DNA of 64,000 bases. Origin: an uncultured delta proteobacterium. GTDB lineage: Bacteria > Desulfobacterota > Binatia > Bin18. Below are positions 1 to 10,287 of the stretch, piece by piece; the first letter of the stretch is position 1, and each line of letters starts with the position of its first letter. Position numbers and translations under genes: made by a program. The stretch lies in assembly GCA_963733195.1 (NCBI GenBank), contig CAVTCR010000047.1, positions 1 to 64,000 on the forward strand. Direction: 5' to 3'. Under the pieces are notes generated by a model. That model saw only the letters and a list, made by a program, of their open reading frames with translations, did no database searches and had not been told where the DNA came from.

Positions 1-1
1 T

Positions 2-172
2 AAAAAGAAAGACGGATGGGTCCTCGCCACCAAGTCAACCGGATTAATCCTCTACTCGGACAACAACGGTGCCGACTGGATCCCAGCAAAAGCACCACGG
101 GTGGCGCACTCGCCTGCGCCCACCTCACCAACATGCCCCCCTTATACGCAGACTCGTTCGCGCCTAATTTAG
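2..172 (+). CDS. C-terminal end of BNR/Asp-box (YCF48-like beta-propeller) protein, partial at window edge
   Basis: Frame 2 reads KKKDGWVLATKSTGLILYSDNNGADWIPAK...RLI*; GW...GLILxSxxxGxxW resembles YCF48/Asp-box repeats. Confidence 0.45.
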   Translation, partial: KKKDGWVLATKSTGLILYSDNNGADWIPAKAPRVAHSPAPTSPTCPPYTQTRSRLI

Positions 173-805
173 GCGAGAACGGCCCCTCAGACTCCCCGCA
201 AGCGGCCGCCTGCGGCTGGCGACTGCGCCACTCAGCCGCTGACCGGCACGCGGTGCGCTGCGCTTCTCGGGACCTGTGCTCGCGCGTGCGCCCCTCGGCG
301 CTATACGCCCTCGATGTGGCGTGTTTCCTGGATCAACTGTCTCGATTCTTACTCGAAGTGAAAATATAGACTGAGAAAACACGCGGAGCGATCAAATTAC
401 CCACTCCGCCCGCAAACGACCGACCTCATCGCTGTGATAGCTAAGCAGGGTAGTAAGCACCTCTTCCGTATGCTCACCAACAAGTGGAGGATGCAGACGA
501 TACGAAACCGGCGTATCACTAGAGTCTCAACGGCGAGCCAACAAGACGCACCTCACCAGCAGTGGGATGTGAAACAGTCCAGATCATATTGCGTGCGCAG
601 TACGACTTATCGCCTCTTTTGGCCAGGGATTCGATGTCTCGATTGACGATGTTGAAGAGTATTTTGGCGAGACTCAGGAAGTGTTTGGTGAATCACTGAA
701 CCCAGGGGAACCGTTGCAGTCAGAGGATACGCTGATTGGCACGTGTCGCCTGTGAAGAGTAGAAGATCACTGGAGATCCTTCGGGAGCCTAACGAAAACA
801 CTACC

Positions 806-907
806 ATGGCAACAATTCGCCTTCTCCCGGCCGATGACTACCGACTAGTGAGCACCGGGATTCGCCCGCTCCTGGAACAGATGGCAGGGGTTGAAGTCCT
901 TTCATGA
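806..907 (+). pseudogene. Truncated NarL/LuxR-type response regulator receiver N-terminus
   Basis: MATIRLLPADDYRLVSTGIRPLLEQMAGVEVLS* matches the IRLLLADDHxLVRxGLRxLLE pattern, then stops. Confidence 0.6.
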
Positions 908-1040
908 TCGCAGTAAAGTGCGACCCCAACGCCATCCTGATTGCTCTTGGTTGATGGATACTCTTATCGGGGATTTAGATTGGAAGTCGGCCAGACAAGC
1001 AATCTAGCGATAGGCGCATCTAACAATAAGAGAGGATTGT

Positions 1041-1157
1041 ATGGATCTTGATCCAGTCTTGTGGGCTATCATCATTCTGGTGGTCACTGTGCTTGCCGGT
1101 GGACTGATGTTGTGGAGTACAAAGCCAAAGAAGAAGATTGCATATCCAAAGAAATGA
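1041..1157 (+). CDS. Small single-pass membrane protein (38 aa)
   Basis: GAGAGGA RBS then MDLDPVLWAIIILVVTVLAGGLMLWSTKPKKKIAYPKK*; one hydrophobic helix followed by a Lys-rich tail. Confidence 0.55.
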   Translation: MDLDPVLWAIIILVVTVLAGGLMLWSTKPKKKIAYPKK

Positions 1158-1458
1158 TCAGTCACTAGAGACAAACAAAGATATGGACATGACTACGATC
1201 TACGCAATCGCACCTGTCGGCATCATCGACGGCACTTCGCTCATAAGACTCGCACGATTCGAGAACGGAGCGCAAAAAAGTAGACATATGTAGTAGGTAC
1301 CTAACAGACGGGCAGTGTTAAGACTAAAAGCTTCAACTTATCATCGTTATATATAACATATTGTTACTATAAAGTTTGAAATAAGGCTACTTTCTGTGCG
1401 GGGTACAATCTCTCCGTGTCAGAGGCCTGCAATTTCAGGCTACTAAGGAGAGAGTACC

Positions 1459-3892
1459 ATGGCGAATGAGCAACCTCCCCACCGGGTTTTCAGGAACCCC
1501 GCAGGACTAACGAAGCACTCTACCGACTCGGGGAAAGTTTGATCAAACACCGCGTCCCGGTACTCGTCCTGGTCACAATCTTTACGGCGATCATGGCGTA
1601 TTTCACCTTCCAATTGGAGATGTCCACTGCGTTCAACGACCTGCTGCCGTACCGCCACCCTTCGTGCAGGTGCATATTAAGTTTGCCGAACAATTCGGCG
1701 GCGCCAATAACGTCAACATCATGCTCAAAGTCGAGAAGGGGGAAGTTTTTACCAAAGAAATACTCAAGAAGGTTTTCGACATGACCCAGGCAGTCGATCG
1801 CGTGTATGGAGTGAATCATGACCAGATCGCCTCGATCGGACACCGCACGACACGCTATCTCACGGTATTAGGGGGCACAATCGCAACGCCGCCCGTGATG
1901 CGCCGCCCGCCGAAGACCGATGAGGAAGTCGAGGAGATCAAAAAGATTTGCTACAACACCGAGTCAATTTACGGTCAACTCGTTTCGCTCGATGGGAAAG
2001 CCTTGCTCATTAAGGCAAATTTTATTGAAGGGCGAATCGACTACCGACGTATATTTGATGAGGTCCAACGGACGGTCGTCGAACCATTCTCCACTGACGA
2101 ACATACCATTTGGATCGCCGGCGAGCCGCAACTGTACGGCTGGATCTACCGCTATGCCAACGAGGTCTACAGCGTTTTCATTGCTGCAACCATCATTGCC
2201 TGGCTCCTGCTGTATTTCTATTTCCGCGATTGGCGTGGGGCGTTACGTCCGACGATTACCGGAGTGATCTCCTCGTTCTGGGGACTGGGGATGCAATCCT
2301 TGATGGGATTCGCCATGGACCCCTTGACCTTGGTAATCCCGTTCTTTGTCACTGCCCGGGCAGTGAGCCACTCCGTGCAAATGCACGAACGGTACTATGA
2401 CGAATACAAGAAGTGGAACTGGAACAAAGAGAAGGCCATCGTTGCCGCTTTTGCCGAATTGTTTGTGCCCACAAGCAGTGGCATCATTACCGACGCCCTC
2501 GGTATGTTAGTCATTATCGTGGTCCCGGTAGTGATTCTGCAAAATATTGCCATCTCGGCGTCGGTATGGGTCACTTCGGTCGCGATCAGCGAACTGCTGT
2601 TGAACCCAATTATCTACTACTATCTCAAGGCACCAGAGAAGGAGAATGTGATCAACCGGTTGCAGGGCCCCTTCCAGAAGTTTATCGAACGTTGCGCGGA
2701 TTGGCTCGTGGAGAAACGGAATGCGCAGATGGTCGTTGCCTTTTGGGTGATTGCATTCCTCATTGCACTCACGCAAGTACGTCATCTCACGATTGGAGAC
2801 CCTACCGCGGCAACGCCGCTGTTGCGGGAGGACTCCCCTTACAATCTGGCGCACCTGGAGATTCAAAAGTACTTTGGCGGTGTCGAGCCCCTCATCGTGG
2901 TTATTGAGGGACGGGACAAAGATGTCTTAAAGGACCCCGCTCTTCTCCGCACGATGGAGAAATTCCAACGCCACCTGGAGCGGGATCCGGATATTGGCTA
3001 TAGCTTCTCCTTGGCTGATATCATCCAGTCGATCAACATGACCTTCTATGACTTACAACCGCGATGGTGCAGTCATTCCGCCCGAGATCCCGAAGGTAAG
3101 CTCACTGTTCTTCTATTATTTCGCGGGTGCGCCTCCGGGAGAAACCTCTCGCTTCCTTGATCCAAGCTACACTACTTCCCATGTGACATTCTATGCCCAT
3201 AACCATCAAGGCGATAATGTCGCTCGCATGATTGCACGAGCGCGGAAATTCGTCGCCGAGAACCCGATGGAAAAAGCGGACTTTCGTCTCGCCGGAGGGT
3301 TGATTGGCGTAACGGGAGCGGCGAACGAGGAGATTCTCAAAAACGACATTCTGATGCAATCCTCGGCTTTGGCACCATGTTCTTGATCGTGATGTTTACC
3401 TACCGTTCGGCCATGGCCGCGTTGGTGATGATGCTGCGATGTTCTTGGCCAACGGGATCGTGAACGCCTATATGGGGTATCGGAACATCGGCATCAATCT
3501 GCAGTCGCTGCCGATCGTCACCGTAGGTGTCGGTTTCGGCATTGACTACGGGGTGTATATCGTCAGCCGGGCGGTTGAAGAATACCGAGGAGATGTCAAC
3601 GAAGCCATGCGTATTGGTATTGCGACTGCAGGTAAGGCGGTAACTTTCACTGCCATTGACGTTGGTGATGGCGACCACATGTTGGGTATTTTCCAATATT
3701 CGCTTCTGTTCGGAGATGGGACTGCTTGCTGGCGTTGTGGATGGTGATCAGTTTCTCGGCTCGTGCACGTTCATCCCGGCATTGATGGTGTTGTGGAAAC
3801 CGAAGTTCTTCCTCCGTGCCGTAAGGAAGGGATTGTCGGATAACAGAAAACTAAAGAGAGATGGAGATTTCATATCTCTCCAAAATCCATGA
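1459..3892 (+). CDS. MMPL/RND-family transporter (split by several frameshifts)
   Basis: AAGGAG RBS; ORFs 1539-1784, 1664-3160, 3048-3386, 3439-3747 and 3656-3892 join into a two-repeat MMPL protein (FGGANNV, GVGFGIDYGVY, AGKAVTF). Confidence 0.85.
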
Positions 3893-3900
3893 CAAAATAG

Positions 3901-3926
3901 AAGGGCGGGTATGAGTATCCGCCCTT
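3901..3926 (+). terminator. Hairpin, likely terminator between convergent genes
   Basis: AAGGGCGGGT-atgagt-ATCCGCCCTT. Confidence 0.55.
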
Positions 3927-3996
3927 AACTATTTCTAGGGGCAATCGGCGCAGAGACGCCCCCGGGACGTCTATACAAAGTCATACGACCTTTAGC

Positions 3997-4242
3997 CTAG
4001 TGCCCGGCTGGCTTTTCTTCTTCCTTCCCCTGTCCAGGCGATCCTGCCACCCCCGGATTCTCGGCTGTTTCTTTTGACGTCGACTTGTACTGGTCTACTA
4101 ATGAAGGTTTTGGTGCCTCAACTTTCGGTGGCGGCTCTTCCTTGGTGCATTGTGCAAGGAAACCCAATAAACAGATGGCAGAGATTTTCATCATCTGCCG
4201 TAAGAATTTTACAGAACAGAATTGTATCCTCATGGGCCGCAT
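3997..4242 (-). CDS. Small putative lipoprotein / exported peptide
   Basis: MKISAICLLGFLAQC followed by Pro/Glu/Lys-rich low-complexity tail; start uncertain. Confidence 0.45.
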   Translation of the reverse strand: MRPMRIQFCSVKFLRQMMKISAICLLGFLAQCTKEEPPPKVEAPKPSLVDQYKSTSKETAENPGVAGSPGQGKEEEKPAGH

Positions 4243-4294
4243 GTATTAGCGACCGGACCTGACTCTGTCAAGGGTGATATTTTTCCTCCCCACA

Positions 4295-4514
4295 GAGATT
4301 GCTTCGTCGCTGGCAGCTCCTGCTCAGAAACAAACTCTTCGACCCGTGTCGAACACTCGTGGCAGCCCGTCATGCCGGGCAAGGCTGCAGGCCGCGACCC
4401 GGCATCCAGGGGTGGAAACTGGATTCCCGCCTGCGCGGGAATGACGGACAGGGCTGCGTCCTGTGTTTCTGCCGTCGTGCTTAGCGCCACGCGCTATGGG
4501 CGACTCGCAATGAC
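4295..4514. repeat. Composite REP/MITE-like element, copy 1
   Basis: GAGATTGCTTCG...CTCGCAATGAC REP halves enclosing CTGCTCAGAAACAAA...[GTCATGCCGGG...GGCATCCAG / TGGATTCCCGCCTGCGCGGGAATGAC]...GCTTAGCGCCACGCGCTATGG. Confidence 0.75.
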
Positions 4515-4820
4515 GACCCTTCCTCACGTGAGTTATTTTCTCTTCCCATTCTATAAAAAGCACAATTTTATGAACATTTCCTTTATATTTTCATAAGTTA
4601 CGACATTTTTCGAAGATAGGGCAGTTGAAAATTTTCTCTAGGACCGCTAAAAGTCCCAGGATTTTCCTAACGCTAAAAAAGAGGAGGGAAAGGGGGTGTG
4701 GGCAGCTTCGGTTTGTACCGGCAAAGGGAAGCTCAATATCGCAATAACGCGTAAGCATTGACTACTGCAGGGAAGAACATTTCGGGAGATGATTTCAGTC
4801 AATCAGGAGGGATACTGAGA

Positions 4821-6845
4821 ATGGTTGAGAGGCATAGTACATTTCGCGGGGCACTGAAGCTACTCTTCAGCCTCCTCGCCGCATTAGGAATCACGTGGTT
4901 GCCAACTATGGCAGGAGCAACCACGCGAGTCGGAAACTCGGAAATTCAGCTCGTCTATGAAATGCAACAGGCTATGCAATTCAAAGGCGATCCAACTAAT
5001 AACGCCGAATGGGTGCAGTGGCGTAACGAACTGCGGCTCGAATACCAATATGAAGACCTCGTTGAAGACAGTAAACTCTTTGGTCAGTATGCGATTCCGT
5101 TTATTCGCAAAGCCGATTTCTCCTTGATGTATCGCGGTCGCATCGATCCCGTGTATATCGTGCGCGACAAATACCGCGAGTTGTACAACGAAAACCAGAC
5201 CGATCATTTCATGTTTCCCGAAAACGACATCCGCGAAATCAACCTGGATGTGGATTTCGGTGACGTGTTTGGTCACAAACTGTCCATGCGATTAGGGAAA
5301 CAACAAATCGTGTGGGGCGAATCAGATCTTTTCCGCTCTATTGATATTGTTAACCCTCTCCGCATTGACCAGAACGGGTTCGTGGGTGAAGCATTCGAAG
5401 ACTTCCGCACGCCGATTTGGGCCGTGAAGTTTCTCTATGACATTGGTAACGTCGGAACTATCGCATCGAACGTTGGATTGGAAGTGTTCTACACCCCACG
5501 CTGGCGGCCAGGCACCAACCATCTGATCCTCGAAGGTGGCTGGGATTTGCAGTATCGTGACCCACGACTTTACAGAACCGGATGCTCCTGACGGCATCGA
5601 TTTCATTCCGCAGCTAGGGAATAACAAAAAGTAGGGTCGTGTCCGTAACCCGTGGTCGCTCTTCCGTGTCGGTCCTAATGCCAAAACCGACGCTCCAGAT
5701 TACGGTTGCAACACCGTCCGCTGTTCTCCGAACGTTGCTGGCGATCGCGCCAAGCTTCGTCTACAATATCGACGGTTCTCGTCACCAGATTCGTGGTACC
5801 AAGTGGGAAAATAGCATGATCGGGACCCGCATCATGGGTAAAGCGTTCGACAACTTCGACTTCACTCTCAACTATCTATTCAAGCGAGCCGATCCGGCTG
5901 CTCTTGTAGAATGGGGAGCGGCATTTGATATCAACCAAGTCGGTCCGGGAGGAGCAAGGAACAGGCGCTCTTCGTCCTGATTTTCCTATTTTTCTCGCTA
6001 GCGATCCAGCATCAAGCGATCCCAAGCTGGTTTGATACGCTGTATGAGGCAGAACAAGCCAGGTTTCTCGTCGGTGGGATGTATATGGATACAACGCCGA
6101 TGCAAATCCCAACAATGATCGTGCTGGTACGTTTTGTTTGCCAACGGCACATTTTTATCCATGGACGCACGTCGTTGGTTTCACAACCACGTATAATGAT
6201 TTTGACTACACCGGTGCCGTGTTCCGCCTGGAACAAAGCTGGTCCACTAACGAACCGCGCAATTTCAGTGTCCGCAATAGTATAGCCGAGGCGCAAGAAA
6301 ACGGAGAATTCCAGGACGAAAATGGCAATCCCTGCCCTAACGGGCGTGACCACTCTGCCCAGGTGCAAGAGCGATTAGGGATAAATCAAAGTCTGGTACG
6401 GCCGTATGGCGTAGTATGATTGGTTTCGACTTGCTACGTACCTGGAGTTTCTTACCAGGGACATTTGGCAAAGACCAGTGGTTCTTGACTGGTCAGCATC
6501 TGATGACCTACCAAAACAATAACCGTCCGAGTGCGCTGAATGCCTTCACCAACGCCCCGTTCGATCGTCATGCAACGCTGGGAACAACTCTTCACGTTGT
6601 CAGGTTCAGGCTTCTTTGCCAAAGGCAAACTGGAGCCACTCTGGGCGTATGCCTATTCGGTAAACGCGAAGCAGCATTTGATTCTTGCTCAGTTCTACTG
6701 GCACGGGCTGTATTTCAGGAATCTTGACCTGTTTGCTGGTACAGCGCTCTATTTGGGAAGCCGCTTCCAAACCGACGCGTCGTTCTTGAACTACTACGCC
6801 GACCGCGATACGGCTTGGATTCGGTTGCAGTACTATATTCTATAG
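4821..6845 (+). CDS. DUF1302-family outer-membrane beta-barrel protein (frameshifted)
   Basis: AGGAGG RBS, signal peptide, RLGKQQIVWGESDLFRSIDIVNP motif, C-terminal DRDTAWIRLQYYIL; pieces 4758-5591, 5639-5980, 6138-6419, 6416-6727, 6540-6845. Confidence 0.8.
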
Positions 6846-6917
6846 GCACGTGAAACGTGATGCGTGGTGCGTAAAAAGCGACACGTAATACGCAACACGC
6901 AATACGTTTCCTAAATG

Positions 6918-6949
6918 AAGGGGCGGCTCGCAAGGGTCTCCCCTTTTTT
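6918..6949 (+). terminator. Probable intrinsic terminator
   Basis: AAGGGG.GGCTC-gcaa-GGGTCTCCCCTTTTTT. Confidence 0.55.
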
Positions 6950-7005
6950 ATTGAGAGAGAATATGGGAAGATGCCCCGCCGAAACCCCCAAAGGAGGACT
7001 TACAA

Positions 7006-8695
7006 ATGGCTAGTGTCGATGGTGGTGCGCTCATCGGGCGCATTTTGAAGGAACAAAAGGTGAAGTATATGTTCGCCGTCAACGGTGGACATACGTTTCC
7101 CATCCTTGCCAATTTAATGAACAACGATGTGGATCTCATCCATATGCGTCACGAGCAGGCATGCGCTTATGCGGCAGATGGTTATGCGCGTGTTACTGGT
7201 ACGCCGGGTGTGTGTTGCGTGACCGCCGGTTGCGGTCTGACCAATGCCGTCACTGGTTTGTGCGTCGCTGGTCTCACCAATAGTTCAGTCGTTTGCCTCT
7301 CGGGCCAACATCCTACCACTGAAGACTACATCGGCTCGTTCCAGGAAGCCTACGGCTCCGATGTCGTGCGTACGTTCTCCAAGTTCGCCAAGCGGGTGCT
7401 CGATTGGTCCACGATCGAGGTCGACCTGCGTCAGGCTTTCCGAGAAGCGATTAACCCGCCACAAGGCGTGTCGATGCTAGAAATTCCTCAGAACATTCTC
7501 TATCACGTGGACGACGAGAATAAGCAGCGCAAAGGAGCAAAGGTCTATAATTCCGATGAACTACGCTCGCAAGGCGATCCACGGAGCATCGAGAAGGCAG
7601 CCGAGCTGCTCTTTAAGGCCAAGAAGCCACTGATCGCTGGTGGTGATGGTATTTTCTGGTCTGATGCTGCAGCTGAACTCAAGGAACTAGCTGAACTGAC
7701 CAGCACGCCGGTGTATTGCCGACGCTCTGGACAAGGTGCGGTCGACGAAGCGCACCCGTTGGCGATTCGCGGAGCTTGGAAGAAACCGTTCACTGGTGAA
7801 GCCGATGTCGTCCTCGCCGTCGGGTTCAAATACTGGAGCGGTGAGAAATTCGGTGAACCGCCCACGTGGAGTGACAAAGCCACGTACATCCAGGTGGATG
7901 CGACACCGCAGCGTGTTGGTTGGCACGTCCCTGCCGAAGTCGGTATCGTCGGTGATCCCAAACTCGTGCTGCGCCAGATTATCGATAAGATCAAGGAAAT
8001 GAAGCTAGATTTCAGCGCGAAACGGGAAAGCCCGTGGATCAAACAAATGGCCGATATCCGGGCCAATTACGAGAAGCTCATCGGTGAACGCGCGGTGAAA
8101 TTCGCGAACAATACCCCCATTCATCCAGACCGCCTCACCAGCGACCTGATGAAAGTGATCGATAAAAGTGCTTCGTTGATCATCGATAGTTTCACCCTGA
8201 GTGGCTACACCAGCCAATGGTTCACCGCCCATGAAATGGGACAAGTCGTTGATGCAGGACCGCTCGCTCCAGTGGGACACGGTGTCGGCATGGGTATTGG
8301 CGTGCAACTTGGTCGCCCAGGTAAACAAGTGATCGTTGTCAGTGGTGACGGGGGTCTCGGCATCGGTGGCATGGATATGGAAACTGCTGCGAAATACAAG
8401 ATCCCGATCGTCACGCTCTTGTGGAACAACAGCTCATGGGGACCGTCTTTCGAATCGATGCCGATGCTCAAAGGGCGTACCAAGCCGTTCGATATGGTTC
8501 CAGAACATTCGCTATGACAAGGTATTCGAGCCAATGGGCGTGTACACTGAACATGTCGAGAAAAACGAAGAGATCATCCCGGCTCTCGAACGTGCGTTGA
8601 AATCCGGCAAGACGGCTCTTGTTAACGTGATTGGTGACAAGCGTATCGGTCACCCAACATTGGGTGGGAACTTGCTGGGATCGACGAAGGTGTAA
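7006..8695 (+). CDS. Thiamine pyrophosphate-dependent enzyme (acetolactate synthase-like / 2-hydroxyacyl-CoA lyase-like), frameshift near 8500
   Basis: RHEQACAYAADGYAR, GDGGLG...NNSSWG TPP motif; C-terminus continues in ORF 8336-8695. Confidence 0.9.
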
Positions 8696-8841
8696 GTTTC
8701 AGAAATAAGGGAAAGGGAAAATGGATGAAACGGCGAAGGGAAGAAAAGGATTTTCTTGCGTTCATGCTTCCTATTTTTCCCCGTTTCCCCTTATGACCTC
8801 ATTATCGCCGTTTCCCCTTCTCTTAGAAGCGAAAGGTTTTT

Positions 8842-9060
8842 ATGGTGAAGGTTTTCTGTGACCGTTGTAATACCGAAGTTGAAAGTCTTGACTCTCTCCT
8901 AAACTTCTCCATCCAGGTCACGGAGCAACCGAATCGTTCGACCTGGAGCTGGCGAGCTGAAGTGTGTCAGGACTGTTTTGAAATGATGAAAGAAGAGATT
9001 TCTAGCCGCATTGCCGCACAGCCTGTAATAGACGAGAAAAAGAAAGGGCCGAGGAAGTAG
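8842..9060 (+). CDS. Small Zn-ribbon-like hypothetical protein
   Basis: CDRC...CQDC pair, 72 aa. Confidence 0.7.
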   Translation: MVKVFCDRCNTEVESLDSLLNFSIQVTEQPNRSTWSWRAEVCQDCFEMMKEEISSRIAAQPVIDEKKKGPRK

Positions 9061-9083
9061 GGAGTATTGCAATACGCCCCTAC
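9057..9083. repeat. GTAG-family REP palindrome
   Basis: GTAGGGAGTATTGCAATACGCCCCTAC directly downstream of the RAYT gene. Confidence 0.75.
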
Positions 9084-9096
9084 GTTTTTGGGGCAT

Positions 9097-9635
9097 TCAC
9101 TGGATTCTCTTCATCCTCTGTCCAACGTAACGGATTGTTTGTGATGTATTGCCTGATGCTGATACAAGAGATTGTTCATTGCGAATGACGTGTTCGTAGT
9201 AGTTGCGTTGCCATAATTTCTCAACAAATGGTGGCCATCCCCTCAATTTCACGCCCCGAATGTATTCATTGGTCGTCATGGTTTTGAACCATTGCATAAT
9301 GGTTGGTAGGGGCGCACCGATGTGTGCGCCCTCTTCTCCGGGCCGACACACCGGTCGGCCCCTACATCTCTAATGACAATGATGCCGTGGAGATGATTAG
9401 GCATCACAACATATTCGTCTGTCTCCACTGTGGGGAATCTGCGAGACAAATCCAACCACCATTGGTTCACCATATATCCGGCATCGTTCAACTTCACTCC
9501 GTCACCTCCCACCTCCCCAAACACACATTCCTTTTGGTACGTACAAATCGTCACAAAATACGCCCCCACCTGAGCGTAATCATAACCAGGCAACCGAATC
9601 GACCGGCGGTGAGGATGTTCAAGTGCTGAGGTCAT
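9097..9635 (-). mobile_element. REP-associated tyrosine transposase (RAYT, Y1 HUH family), frameshifted
   Basis: RRSIRLPGYDY, YFVTICT, VVMPNHLHGII (HUH), LWQRNYYEHVIRN motifs across ORFs 9276-9635 and 9097-9351. Confidence 0.9.
9306..9365. repeat. GTAG-family REP doublet inside RAYT coding sequence
   Basis: GTAGGGGCGCACCGATGTGTGCGCCC...GGGCCGACACACCGGTCGGCCCCTAC. Confidence 0.8.
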
Positions 9636-10258
9636 CTACTCCTTCACCCCCAAAATCGCCAAATCTTGCAAGTACTCCTCCGGGGGTACCATCCCGATGC
9701 GGCGCCGTTTTCCACCAATAATGACTGTCGGCACGGCTGTGACGTAATAGGTCTCGGTTGCTTCCTGGCATTGTTTACGTACCGACTCCTGCAGCACGTG
9801 ATCGTCGATGTCGTGCATGAATGTGGGCATATCGAGACCTGCGTCTCGCGCAACGGCTACAAGGTTATCTTTATCAATTAGGCTCTTACTCTCGGTAAAG
9901 AACGAACGATAGAGTCTCAGATGAAAGCGGTGAAACGCGTCGTCCCCTGCCGTTGGGCAGCGAAACCGGCTTCAAGTCCTGGCATACTCCAACGTGGGAA
10001 CTCGTCTTTATCCCACATCCTGTAGGTCAGGCCCTCGGAGGCAACCATTGCTGAGATGCGGCGCCACGCGCCTTCAACATAGCTGCCTTGGAAGCGGAAC
10101 GGTGTAGGGTCATATTGTGGACGAAGGGCAAACGGATGCCAGCGAATCGTCACTCGGTCACCAAAGCGTTCTTTGATCTTCTGCAAGCGCACCGCTGCAG
10201 GATAACACCAGGGTCACAAATAGTCAGAAAATTCGATGATCTCGATTGGGGCGTCCAT
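9636..10258 (-). CDS. DsbA/FrnE-family thiol-disulfide oxidoreductase, probable selenoprotein (UxxC)
   Basis: GGAGGT RBS, ATG at 10258, MDAPIEIIEFSDYL-TGA-PWCYPAAVRL in frame with ORF 9917-10192; one indel in a G-run near 9945 joins the C-terminal half with the cis-Pro motif VTAVPT. Confidence 0.85.
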
Positions 10259-10287
10259 AGACCTCCGTCCTTAGATTACCAGCCTGC

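Noticed and set aside
16-807. ORFs 16-369, 164-382, 434-646 and 607-807 as genes
   Set aside because: No recognisable motifs or RBS; composition looks non-coding
4222-4596. Overlapping ORFs 4222-4596, 4230-4490, 4299-4484, 4324-4563 (similarly 22672-22887 and 51339-51596)
   Set aside because: Translations such as WIPACAGMT and VIPAQAGIQ are read-throughs of REP palindromes, not proteins
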